The notes beneath the pieces are model-generated. The model had not been told where the DNA came from, searched no databases, and saw nothing but the letters and a program-made list of their open reading frames with translations. Made by a program: the position numbers and the translations under genes. A stretch of 64,000 nucleotides of DNA from Candidatus Latescibacterota bacterium (lineage in GTDB: Bacteria > Krumholzibacteriota > Krumholzibacteriia > WVZY01 > JAKEHA01): the NCBI GenBank assembly GCA_963707635.1, contig OY970173.1:2848001-2912000 (forward strand), in the 5' to 3' direction. Below are positions 19,087-28,479 of this stretch, piece by piece. Within the stretch, counting starts at the first letter, position 1. Each line of letters opens with the position of its first letter.

Positions 19087-20229
19087 ATGACGCGCGTGTT
19101 GATGGCGGAAGCAACCGACTACCGCAGCACGGCCCGCGTGGGGTCGCACGCGATCGCGCGCGCGTTCCTCGCCGAGGGCGCCGAGGTGTGCTGGATCGGG
19201 ACGCCGCTCTATCCCACCACGCTCGCGCGCTCGCACCCGGATACCCAGACCCGGCGTCGCGTCGAGATCTGGAAGCGCGGCGGCGAAATCACCGACGAGC
19301 GTGTCACCGAGTACTATCCCCTCACCGTGCTGCCGGTGGTGAACCGGCCGTTTTTCCGATCCCGGTTCGCGGCCGTGAACACCCTGCGCGCGACGATTCC
19401 CCCGGTCGGACACGTGATCCGGCGGCACGGATTCGCCGCTCCCGACCTGCTCTGGCTTTCCGCGAGCCGATTCTCGTACCCGATGATGTCACTGGTGAGG
19501 GCGCGCCGGCGCGCATACCGGATGTCCGACGACTGGGCCTCCTTCCCGGACGTTCCGCGCGCGCTGATCGATCTCGAAGCACGCATCATCGATTCCGTCG
19601 ACGCCGTGTTCGTCACTGCCCACGTCCTCGCCGAACGGGTGCGGGCGCGGCGCCCGGACGTCGTGTACCTGCCCAACGGGGTCGACGAGGCTTTCTTCTC
19701 CACTCCCGCGGCAGAGGACGAGATCGTGCGGCGGTTTCCGAGGCCCCGGATCGTCTTTGTCGGGACCCTCGGGAACTGGGTCGACCTCGACGCGGTGGCG
19801 GCGACCGCGCGGCGCCTGCCGCACGCGTCGGTGGTGCTCGTCGGCCCCGGCGAGCGGGCCGGCGGCGATCGCCTCCCCGCGAACGTTCACCGCACCGGCC
19901 CGGTCGAATACGAACGCCTGCCCGCGGTCCTGCACGCCTGCGACGTCGGCATCATCCCGTTCCGGCGCGTGCCCCGCACCGAGGCCGCCAGCTCGAACAA
20001 GCTCTTCCAGTACCTGGCGGCCGGAATCCCGGTGGTCGCCTCGCGCACCCACGAGTTCGAGCGCACCGGCGCTCCCGCGACGCTGTGCGACACCGCCGAC
20101 GCCTTCGCGGAGGCGGTGGCGGATGCGCTCGAGCATCCCGACGCGGGGCGTTCGGAGCGCATCGCGTTCGCGCGAGCGCACACCTGGGAGACGCGCTTCG
20201 AGCTGGTGAAGCGCGCGCTGGGGCTTTGA
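19087..20229 (+). CDS. GT-B (GT4, TuaH-like) glycosyltransferase, paralog 1
   Basis: YLPNGVD, DVGIIPF, NKLFQYLAAGIPVV, HTW. Confidence 0.88.
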   Translation: MTRVLMAEATDYRSTARVGSHAIARAFLAEGAEVCWIGTPLYPTTLARSHPDTQTRRRVEIWKRGGEITDERVTEYYPLTVLPVVNRPFFRSRFAAVNTLRATIPPVGHVIRRHGFAAPDLLWLSASRFSYPMMSLVRARRRAYRMSDDWASFPDVPRALIDLEARIIDSVDAVFVTAHVLAERVRARRPDVVYLPNGVDEAFFSTPAAEDEIVRRFPRPRIVFVGTLGNWVDLDAVAATARRLPHASVVLVGPGERAGGDRLPANVHRTGPVEYERLPAVLHACDVGIIPFRRVPRTEAASSNKLFQYLAAGIPVVASRTHEFERTGAPATLCDTADAFAEAVADALEHPDAGRSERIAFARAHTWETRFELVKRALGL

Positions 20230-20234
20230 AAGCG

Positions 20235-21389
20235 ATGCCGGCGGCCACGCGCGTGCTGATCGGCGACGCCGCCACCTACGGCGATCCCGCCCGCGTCGCC
20301 TCGCACGCGTTCGCGCGCGCGTTCCTCGACGACGGCGCCCGCCTGTGCTGGATCGGATCGCCGCTCGATGCCGCCACCCTGATGCGGCCGCGAGACGAGC
20401 AGACGCGCCATCGTATCCGCGTGTGGCAGCGCGGCGGTGACCACCCCGACGAGCGCGCGACGGAGTACTATCCGCTCACGCTGCTTCCGATCGCCGACCG
20501 TCCCGGGTTCCGCACACACTTTGTGGTCCGCCACACGCTCCGGGCCACGCTGCCGCGCATGGACACCGTGATCCGCCGGCTGGGTTTTGACGAGCCCGAG
20601 GTGCTGTGGCTCTCGACCAGCCGCTTCGCGCATGCGCTCTTTCCCATGCGGGCGCGGGTTCGCGCCTGCCGCGTCTCCGACGACTGGGCGCACCACGGCC
20701 AGGTGCCGCCCGCGCTCGTCGCCGCCCACGATGAGATGGTGGACGCCGCGGACCTCGTGTTCGTAACCTCGCGGGGCTTGAAAACGAAACTGCGAGCGCG
20801 ACGGCCCGATGCGATCTACCTGCCCAACGGGGTCGCCGAGCGCTTCTTTGCGAGCCCCGGCCCCGAGCCGGACCTGCTCTCGCGCTTTCCGCACCCGCGC
20901 GTCGTCGTCGTGGGCAGGCTCGACGCGTGGGTCGATTTCGACACCATCGCGCGCGTGGGCGAACGAATCCCGGGCGCGTCGGTGCTGGTCGTCGGCCCGG
21001 GGCGGCCGGCCGCGCGTTCGTACCCCGCCAATGTCTATTTTACCGGTCCGTTTCCGTACGATGATCTGCCCGCGCTGCTCGGCGCGTGCGATGTCGGCCT
21101 CGTTCCCTTCGTGCCGAGCGAGCTCACGCATGGGGTGAGTCCACTCAAGCTCTTCGAGTACCTGGCGAGCGGACTGCCGGTGGTGGCCACCCGCCTCGAC
21201 GAGATCGAAGCGTCGTCGCCGCCCGCGCTCCTGTGCGACGCGCCCGGCGCCTTCGCGGACGCGGTGGCGTCGGTGCTCGACGGTGACCCGGCGGGCCGGA
21301 CCGCCCGCGTCGCCTTCGCGCGCGAGCACACCTGGGCGAAACGGTTCGGCGTGGTCAAAGAAGCGCTCGCCGCGCGGGGGGTGGCATGA
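20235..21389 (+). CDS. GT-B (GT4, TuaH-like) glycosyltransferase, paralog 2
   Basis: YLPNGV, DVGLVPF, PLKLFEYLASGLPVV; start MPAATR. Confidence 0.88.
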   Translation: MPAATRVLIGDAATYGDPARVASHAFARAFLDDGARLCWIGSPLDAATLMRPRDEQTRHRIRVWQRGGDHPDERATEYYPLTLLPIADRPGFRTHFVVRHTLRATLPRMDTVIRRLGFDEPEVLWLSTSRFAHALFPMRARVRACRVSDDWAHHGQVPPALVAAHDEMVDAADLVFVTSRGLKTKLRARRPDAIYLPNGVAERFFASPGPEPDLLSRFPHPRVVVVGRLDAWVDFDTIARVGERIPGASVLVVGPGRPAARSYPANVYFTGPFPYDDLPALLGACDVGLVPFVPSELTHGVSPLKLFEYLASGLPVVATRLDEIEASSPPALLCDAPGAFADAVASVLDGDPAGRTARVAFAREHTWAKRFGVVKEALAARGVA

Positions 21390-22495
21390 CGACGGCGCGC
21401 CGGTTCGAGGTCGCGTTTCCACTGGCGGGGTTCAACCCGTCGGGCGGCGTGCGCATGCTGATCCACGTGGCGAACGCGCTCGCCGCGCGCGGGGTGGCCG
21501 TCGCCGTGTCGGTTCCCCGGCGCGCTGCGTCCCCCCCCATTCCCCTGCACCGCGGCGTCACCCTGCTCGTGCGCCGCTCGGGCGGCGGCATCGGCGCCCG
21601 TCTCGCGTTCCTGACCGGGCTGCCACGCGCCGACGTGCAGGTGGCGAGCGGGTACCAGACGCCGGTACTGATCGGCCTCGGGACGCGCTTGCAACGCGAA
21701 AAGCCGCGCCTCGTCTATCTCATCCAGGGGGATGAACCGACGTCCCACATCCGCTATGGCGCGCGACCCGCGTGGGTCAAGGCGGTCCTGCGCGCGGTGG
21801 CGCGGGCGGGCTACCGCGTGCCGGCCACTCGGATCGCGGTCAGCCGATTCGTGGCGCAGCGCGTGGGGGAACGCCGGATTCACCGCGTGATCGTGCCGGG
21901 CATCGAGCCCGCGTTGCTTCGCCCGCTCGAACGCCGGCCGCCAGCGGACGCCCTCATCCGCGTCGGTGTGCTCTCGCACCCCGCGCCCGTCAAGGCAACG
22001 GACGTCGCGCTGGATGCGTTTGCGCGGCTGCGCGACGACGCCCGCCTGCGCTTCGTGGTGTTCGACGGCGCGCACGCGAGCGCGAGCCCGCCGTTCGTGG
22101 AGCGCTTCTCGGAACTCGTCGCCGTGCCGGAGCTGGCGCGCGACGTCGACGCGTTCTACTCACTCTGCGACATCTTCGTGTATCCATCCCGGGTCGAGGG
22201 GTTCGGCCTGCCGCCGCTCGAGGCCATGGCCCGCGGCGCGGCGGTCGTTGTGAGCGACTGCGGCGGGGTGCGCGAGTACGCGGACCCGGAACGAAACTGC
22301 CTCGTGGTTCCTCCCGGCGACGCGGCGGCGATCGCGGCGGCGATACGACGGCTGGCGGATCCGGAGCTGCGAGCGCGCCTGGCGCGCGCCGGGCGGGAGA
22401 CCGCCGAGCGCTTCCCGGTCGAGACCTTCGCCCGCGCGTGCGCGGACGAGATCCAGCGCGTCCTTGCGGACGCCACGGGCCGAAATCCTGATTGA
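21386..22495 (+). CDS. Glycosyltransferase family 4
   Basis: SGGVRML, PSRVEGFGLPPLEAMARG (EX7E). Confidence 0.9.
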   Translation: MTTARRFEVAFPLAGFNPSGGVRMLIHVANALAARGVAVAVSVPRRAASPPIPLHRGVTLLVRRSGGGIGARLAFLTGLPRADVQVASGYQTPVLIGLGTRLQREKPRLVYLIQGDEPTSHIRYGARPAWVKAVLRAVARAGYRVPATRIAVSRFVAQRVGERRIHRVIVPGIEPALLRPLERRPPADALIRVGVLSHPAPVKATDVALDAFARLRDDARLRFVVFDGAHASASPPFVERFSELVAVPELARDVDAFYSLCDIFVYPSRVEGFGLPPLEAMARGAAVVVSDCGGVREYADPERNCLVVPPGDAAAIAAAIRRLADPELRARLARAGRETAERFPVETFARACADEIQRVLADATGRNPD

Positions 22496-22528
22496 ACGCA
22501 ACGCGGGTTCTGGTCGATGATCCGCCCC

Positions 22529-23418
22529 ATGCAACGCCGACCATCACTCTATCGACGCACCCGCGTGTCGCTGTGCGCCCTCGGCGTGCTGGCGTGTGGC
22601 TGCTCGCCGGCGAAGTTCTCGGTCGGCCACGTGATGGTCCCGGTGCTGGACAACGCGCGCGACGCCGCCATGGCCTCGGACGACCTGCGCACGTTTCAGG
22701 ACGGCGCCGCCGCCAACCTCTTTCTGCTCGAAGGCCTGATCGAGACCGACCCCGGCAACGACGCGCTGCGGCTCAACGCCGCGATGCTCTACTTCAGTTA
22801 CGCGTTCTCGACCCAGGAGGCAACCGACCCGGGGTACGCGTCGATTCTCTACCTGAAGGGCGTGTCGCACGGACGCGCGGTACTCAAGAAGAACAAGAAG
22901 TTCGAGAGCGACTTCGGCGTGCCCTTCGAGGCGTTCGAGAAGACGCTGCCGGCGCTGCGCAAGCGGGACGTCCCCGCCGCGGTGTGGACGGCGGCCAACT
23001 GGGCGCAGTTCATCAGCCTGCACCTCGACTCCACCGCCGTGCTTGCGCGACATTCCGAAGGTCACCGCACTCCTGGAGCGTGCCGCGGAGCTCGACGGTT
23101 CCTTCTTCGAAGGACTCCCCTACGTGATGATCGGGAGCCTGCACGCGTTCCGGCCGCCGATGTTCGGGGGCAGCCCGGAGAAGTCGCTCGTCGAACTTCG
23201 AAGCGGCGTTCGCGGTCGGGGGCGATTCGTTCCTTTTGTCGAAGTATTTCTACGCCCGTTACTATCTCTATCGCATCCAGGACGGCGACGAGTTTCGGCG
23301 TGTGCTGCAGGGAATCCTCGACGCGCCGGACGCGTCGGATAATCCGTTCCGCCTGCTCAACCTGATCGCCCGCAAGCGATCCGCAACCCTGCTGGGAGAA
23401 GCCGATGACCTGTTTTAG
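22529..23418 (+). CDS. TRAP transporter TatT component (TPR-like lipoprotein); two +1 frameshifts (~23045, ~23192)
   Basis: Lipobox LACGC, LLEGL...P, YAF, RPPMFGGSPEKS, LNLIARKRS; three consecutive frames join up; directly upstream of dctP. Confidence 0.8.
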
Positions 23419-24433
23419 AGCAATCGCGGTCACGCTCGCGTTGGCGGCGCTGATCCCGTCGACCGCAGTCGCGCAGAAGCAGCCGAAGGCGCTGGTCGAG
23501 ATCAAGTTCGCCACCCTCGCCCCCGACGGCAGCACCTGGATGAAGACCATGCGCGCGCTCGACCAGGACGTTCGCGCGCGCACCGACAACCGCGTCGGGT
23601 TCAAGTTCTTTCCGGGCGGCGTGCAGGGCGACGAGAAGGACGTCATCCGCAAGATGCGCAACGGCCAGATCCACGGCGCCGGGTTCACCGGCTTCGGGCT
23701 CGGCGCCATCGTCCCGGAGACCCGCGTGCTCGAGCTCCCCTTCATGTTCGAGACGCTCGACGAGCTCGACTACGTGCGCTCGCAGACCACCGACTACTAC
23801 CAGAAGTCGTTCGCGGAGAAGGGCTACGACCTCCTCGGGTGGACCGACGTGGGCTTCGTCTACCTGTTCACCCGGATGCCGGTACGCGCGCCGGCCGACA
23901 TGCCGCAGGCGAAGTGGTGGATCTGGTCCGGGGATCAGCTCGCCGAGATATTCTACCGCGCATTCCGGATCACCCCGATCCCCCTCGCCGCTCCCGACGT
24001 GCTGACGTCGCTCCAGACGGGCGTCGTGGACGCGGTGTACGCCTCGCCGCTGGCGTGCGTGGCGCTCCAGTGGGTGACGCGCGTCAAGTTCATGTCCGAC
24101 GCGCCGGTGACGCACGGAATCAGCGCGGTGGTGGTCACCGACAAGTCGCTGGCCGGCGTGAGCGCCGCCGACCTTGCCGTGCTCAATGAGCTCACCCGGA
24201 AGCACCTGGCCGACCTCACCTCCAAGACGAGGACCCAGAACGTCGAGGCGATGGCGGAAATCAAGAAGGAGGGGGTGCAGCTCGTCACTGTCGACGCGGC
24301 GGCGCGCAAGGAATTCACGGAACGCGGTCGCGCCGCGTGGAGCGACGGGGTGGGAACCCTGTACTCGAAGGAGCTTCTCGACCGCGTGACCACCCTCCTC
24401 GCCGACTACCGGGCGACCCACGGTTCCCACTGA
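23405..24433 (+). CDS. dctP: TRAP substrate-binding protein DctP (TatP type)
   Basis: IKFATLAPDGSTW, GGVQGDE, LTSLQTGVVD. Confidence 0.92.
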   Translation: MTCFRAIAVTLALAALIPSTAVAQKQPKALVEIKFATLAPDGSTWMKTMRALDQDVRARTDNRVGFKFFPGGVQGDEKDVIRKMRNGQIHGAGFTGFGLGAIVPETRVLELPFMFETLDELDYVRSQTTDYYQKSFAEKGYDLLGWTDVGFVYLFTRMPVRAPADMPQAKWWIWSGDQLAEIFYRAFRITPIPLAAPDVLTSLQTGVVDAVYASPLACVALQWVTRVKFMSDAPVTHGISAVVVTDKSLAGVSAADLAVLNELTRKHLADLTSKTRTQNVEAMAEIKKEGVQLVTVDAAARKEFTERGRAAWSDGVGTLYSKELLDRVTTLLADYRATHGSH

Positions 24434-25024
24434 TGGTGCGTTCGTCTGTGAACGCCCCCCTTCTTTTCGCCGTCGCGGGATTCGTATTCATCGCCGTGGC
24501 CGCCGCTGCGCGCGCGGCCCTCGAGCGGCAGCGAACAGGCGCGAAAGCTGTTTCAACTCGCCGGCCGGCTGGAAGTCGGAACCGTGGCGCTCTTGCTCGG
24601 GACACTCGTCGTGCTCGGCGCCCTCCAGATTCTGCTCCGCAACGCGTTCCACTCGGGCCTCCTGTGGGCCGACCCCCTGATGCGTCACATCGTGCTGTGG
24701 CTGGGCGCGATGGGCGCCGCACTCGCGTCCGCGCACATGCGTCACATCACGGTCGACGCGCTCTCGCGCCTCCTGCCCGCGTGGTGGAGGCCCGCGCGCC
24801 GCGTGGTCGTATACGGCAGTACCGCCGTCGTCGCGTACCTGCTCGCCGTCGCGGCCGTGCGCCTGGTGGTCGACGAGCGCGGCTTCGGCGACGTGGCGTT
24901 TCTCGGCATCGAGACCTGGGTGATGCAGTTGATCCTGCCGGGGTGTTTCGCGCTGATCGCGTACCGTTCGTTGCTCGCGATCTTCCTCCGGTGGGAACCG
25001 GCCGAAGCCGGCGCGGAGGCCTGA
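24433..25024 (+). CDS. dctQ: TRAP small permease DctQ; +1 frameshift near 24545
   Basis: TGATG-coupled start, QILLRN, WADPLMRHIVLW, RHITVD. Confidence 0.82.
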
Positions 25025-25025
25025 C

Positions 25026-26288
25026 GTGCTCGCCCTCTTCGGGCTCCTGCTGGCGGTGCTGGCGTTGTGCGGCCTACCGCTGTTCGCGGTGTTCGGCGCG
25101 CTGGCGCTGGCACTCTTCTACACCGCCCAGATCGACATCTCGTCGGTCGCGGTGTCCATGTACTCGATCGCCGGTTCGCCGCTCCTGGTCGCGATCCCGC
25201 TGTTCACATTCGCCGGCTACCTCTTCGCCCACAGCAAGACGCCGGACCGGCTCGTGCGCCTCTCGCGCGCGTTCTTTCCCGGGGGCCTCGCGGTGGTCGC
25301 GCTGGTCGCGTGCGCGGTATTCACCGCGTTCACCGGCGCGTCGGGGATCACCATCGTCGCCATGGGTGGACTGCTCCTGCCCGCGCTCCTCGCCGACGGC
25401 TACGACCGGCGCTTCAGCCTGGGGCTGGTGACGTCGTCCGGGAGCCTGGGGCTCCTGTTCCCGCCCAGCCTGCCGCTGATCATCTACGGCTACGTGGCCG
25501 AGGTGCAGATCGACAAGCTGTTCGTGGCCGGCATCCTCCCGGGAGTTCTGCTGGTCGCGCTGCTCGCGGGATACGGAATCTACCGCGGCCGTCGTGACGG
25601 GGTTCGCGGGCAGAAACTTTCCGCACGCGAGGCGCGCTCCGCGCTCAGGGCCGCCGCGTGGGAAGTCCCGCTTCCGTTCATCATTCTGGGCGGAATCTAC
25701 GGCGGTGTCATCACGGTCATGGAAGCGGCGGCGATCACCGCTCTCTATGCACTGGTAGTCGAGGTGTTTGTGTACCGGGATATTCCGGTGCGCCGGCTGC
25801 CCGCCATCGTCGCCGAGAGCACCATGCTCGTGGGAGGCATCCTGGCCATCATCATGTGCTCGTTCGGCTTCGTCAATTATCTGATCGACGCCGAAGTGCC
25901 AATGAAGATTCTGGAGTGGATGCAGCAATATATCACCAGCAAGTACACGTTTCTCCTTATTCTCAATGTGTTCCTGCTGATCGTGGGCTGTCTCATGGAC
26001 ATCTTCTCGGCGCTGATCGTCGTGGTGCCGCTCATCGCCCCGGTCGCGCACGGCTTCGGCGTCGACCCAGTGCATCTCGGCATCGTCTTTCTCACCAACC
26101 TCGAGATCGGCTACCTCACCCCGCCCGTGGGTTTGAATTTGTTCATATCGTCGTTTCGGTTCCGGGAGCCCGTGCTCACACTCTACGGGGCGAGCGTTCC
26201 GTTTCTGCTCCTGATGCTGCTGGCGCTCGTCGTCATCACCTACGCGCCGGCGTTGAGTCTCGCGCTGGTGAACCTCATCGCCACCTGA
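25026..26288 (+). CDS. dctM: TRAP large permease DctM
   Basis: AIPLFTFAG, GLLFPPSLP, IGYLTPPVGLNLF. Confidence 0.95.
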   Translation: MLALFGLLLAVLALCGLPLFAVFGALALALFYTAQIDISSVAVSMYSIAGSPLLVAIPLFTFAGYLFAHSKTPDRLVRLSRAFFPGGLAVVALVACAVFTAFTGASGITIVAMGGLLLPALLADGYDRRFSLGLVTSSGSLGLLFPPSLPLIIYGYVAEVQIDKLFVAGILPGVLLVALLAGYGIYRGRRDGVRGQKLSAREARSALRAAAWEVPLPFIILGGIYGGVITVMEAAAITALYALVVEVFVYRDIPVRRLPAIVAESTMLVGGILAIIMCSFGFVNYLIDAEVPMKILEWMQQYITSKYTFLLILNVFLLIVGCLMDIFSALIVVVPLIAPVAHGFGVDPVHLGIVFLTNLEIGYLTPPVGLNLFISSFRFREPVLTLYGASVPFLLLMLLALVVITYAPALSLALVNLIAT

Positions 26289-26316
26289 CCGCGGCCCCGG
26301 GACGCGGACCCGGACG

Positions 26317-26354
26317 AAAAAAACGGGCGCGAAGCTCGCCGCCTCGCGCCCGTT
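26317..26354 (-). terminator. Intrinsic terminator after the aquaporin gene
   Basis: AACGGGCGCGA...TCGCGCCCG followed by T7 on the minus strand. Confidence 0.75.
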
Positions 26355-26380
26355 CCCTGCACTATGACGAGATCAATTCC

Positions 26381-27043
26381 TTACGCCTTCGGTTCAAGCG
26401 CTCCCTTGTAGATCAGCGCCGCCAGCACCGAGCCGGCAATCGGCCCCACCCAGTACACCCACGCGTTGGCGAGTCCGCCGCCCATCAGAGCCGGACCGAG
26501 GTACCGGGCGGGATTGATCGCGCCGCCGGAGATCGGGCCACCCGCGAGAATACCCATGCAAATCGTGAGCCCGATGAACAGGCCGCCGACCTTCGGCGCG
26601 CGCGCGTCGATTGCAGTCCCGTAGACCACGAACATGAGGAAGAAGGTGAGCACGGCCTCCATCACCAGCGCCTGCATGACGGTGACGCCAGCCCCGGGAC
26701 CGGGCGTTCCCATGTTGACCGCGTCGAGCGTCACGGCGGGCACCGCCATCTTGATCAGCCCGGCGGCCACGATCGCGCCCAGGCACTGGGAGACGATATA
26801 GCCCAGTGCACTTGCCGGCTTGATCTTCCCCGCCGCCAGCGCGCCGCAGGTGACCGCGGGGTTGAGGTGGCCCCCGCTGGTCGCCGCGGTGGCGCTGACC
26901 ATCACCGCGATGGCCAGACCGTGCGCGAGCGCAATACCCGTCAACCCCAGCGCGCCGCCGGTCGCCTGGTTGGCGGCGATGGAGCCGACGCCAATGAAAA
27001 TCAGCGTGAACGTGCCGACGAACTCAGCCACATACTTGTTCAT
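26381..27043 (-). CDS. MIP family channel (aquaporin)
   Basis: Two NPA motifs: GHLNPAVT and AINPAR. Confidence 0.95.
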   Translation of the reverse strand: MNKYVAEFVGTFTLIFIGVGSIAANQATGGALGLTGIALAHGLAIAVMVSATAATSGGHLNPAVTCGALAAGKIKPASALGYIVSQCLGAIVAAGLIKMAVPAVTLDAVNMGTPGPGAGVTVMQALVMEAVLTFFLMFVVYGTAIDARAPKVGGLFIGLTICMGILAGGPISGGAINPARYLGPALMGGGLANAWVYWVGPIAGSVLAALIYKGALEPKA

Positions 27044-27124
27044 GGCAACCTCCTCGTGAACGTGGAGAATAGACGCGCACGCCCCGATTGCGTCAAGAAA
27101 ATCCGCACGACTGAAAATGGCATG

Positions 27125-28258
27125 CTAGGCCGGGAAGAAAACGCGCTCGACGTCGTCGAGCATGCGCACGAGGGCGAACTTCTCGCGGGCGACCCGCGCA
27201 CCTGCGTCTCCCATCGCGCGCGCCGCCTCCGGATTCGCCAGGACGAAGCGAATCGCGTTGGCGATCGCGCCGGAGTCGCCCACCGGGTGAAGGATTCCGG
27301 TGACGCCGTCTTCGACGATCTCGGGAATGCTGCTCACGTTGGAGGCGATGGTCGGAATTCCGACCGCCATCGCTTCGACCAGCACGTAGCCGAAGCCCTC
27401 CACCCGCGAGGGCAGGATCAACGCGTCGGCGCCCGCCAGGATCTCCGGCACGTCGGCGCGAAATCCGAGCATGAGGATGGACGAATCGAGTCCGCGCTCG
27501 TGGATCGCCTTCTCCAGCGCGGCGCGATCCTCGCCGTCACCGACGAAGAGAATGCGCGCGGCCGGAAACTCCTGGAGCACGTGCGGAGCCGCTTCGATGA
27601 CGACGCGCTGCTGCTTGCGCTCGTCGAGCTCGCCGACCAGGGCGATGATCGGCGCGTCGGCAGGGGCTCCGACCGCCGTGCGCAGCTTGCGCCGCAACTC
27701 GTCGCGGCGGGCAGCCAGCGCCGCATACGCGTCGGCGTCGATACCGTTGTAGACGACGACGGCCCGGTCGGGCGTAAACCAGGGGGCGTCGCGAAGCATG
27801 GAGCGCTTGGTCGCCTCCGAGTTCACGATCACCCGATCGACGTCGAACAGGTAGACCAGGCGGTAGCGGCGCTTGTCCTTCAGGGGAAAGCCGCTCCCCC
27901 GGCGCGGAATCAGGCGCGGGCGCGCCGGCCGGGGAGGCAGCGCGCGCGACGCGCGAATGGCCGCCGCTGCCAGGCGAATCTCACGGTCGCGGTTGGGGCA
28001 GACCACGTGGGGTTGAAAACGGCGCACGACCGTGGCAAGCTGGGCGATGGCGAGCGGGTCGACGTCGCCGCGCATCTCCACCGAGATGAGCGGGATGCGC
28101 CGCACCGGGGCCCTCGCAGCCAGGACACTCCCGGGTCGCGCCACCAGGCGCACGTCGTGACCGCGCTCGCGAAGGCCGGCGGCGGTGTCCAGCATCCAGC
28201 GCTCTCCCCCGCCGTAACGGCGGAGCGAGGAGACGAACAGGATCCGCTTCGGTTCCAT
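27125..28258 (-). CDS. Glycosyltransferase family 4
   Basis: GGGER, VYNGID, PSRVEGFGYVLVEAMA. Confidence 0.92.
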   Translation of the reverse strand: MEPKRILFVSSLRRYGGGERWMLDTAAGLRERGHDVRLVARPGSVLAARAPVRRIPLISVEMRGDVDPLAIAQLATVVRRFQPHVVCPNRDREIRLAAAAIRASRALPPRPARPRLIPRRGSGFPLKDKRRYRLVYLFDVDRVIVNSEATKRSMLRDAPWFTPDRAVVVYNGIDADAYAALAARRDELRRKLRTAVGAPADAPIIALVGELDERKQQRVVIEAAPHVLQEFPAARILFVGDGEDRAALEKAIHERGLDSSILMLGFRADVPEILAGADALILPSRVEGFGYVLVEAMAVGIPTIASNVSSIPEIVEDGVTGILHPVGDSGAIANAIRFVLANPEAARAMGDAGARVAREKFALVRMLDDVERVFFPA

Positions 28259-28444
28259 CGACAGGGTGTTTCCAGCGCGCGCGGCACCTTGCGATAGCAG
28301 AACGCAGGGTCGCCTCGCACAAGCCGGTAGTGTAGCCCCGCCCCGGCGCCGCGGCCAGCGATATTGTGCCCCCACCGCCCCCGACGGGGAAGCATGCGCC
28401 GCGTTGCGCCCCGACGCGCGCATGCCGCCGCGCCCGCCCCGGCG

Positions 28445-28460
28445 CGGCACATCGGTTGCA
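28445..28460 (+). promoter_or_regulatory. Candidate sigma-54 promoter
   Basis: CGGCACATCGGTTGCA, GG-N10-GC spacing, 20 nt upstream of the ATG at 28480. Confidence 0.55.
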
Positions 28461-28479
28461 CGAACCGTGGAGATTCACC

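Noticed and set aside
23040..23200. Programmed frameshifting or pseudogenisation of TatT
   Set aside because: No slippery heptamer or other decay; it shows the same +1 pattern as four other genes, pointing to sequencing error.
25658..28297. Long alternate-frame or antisense ORFs (e.g. 879, 808, 798 and 795 aa in the track)
   Set aside because: They are Arg/Gly/Ala-rich shadows of real genes, expected at this GC content, and carry no motifs.
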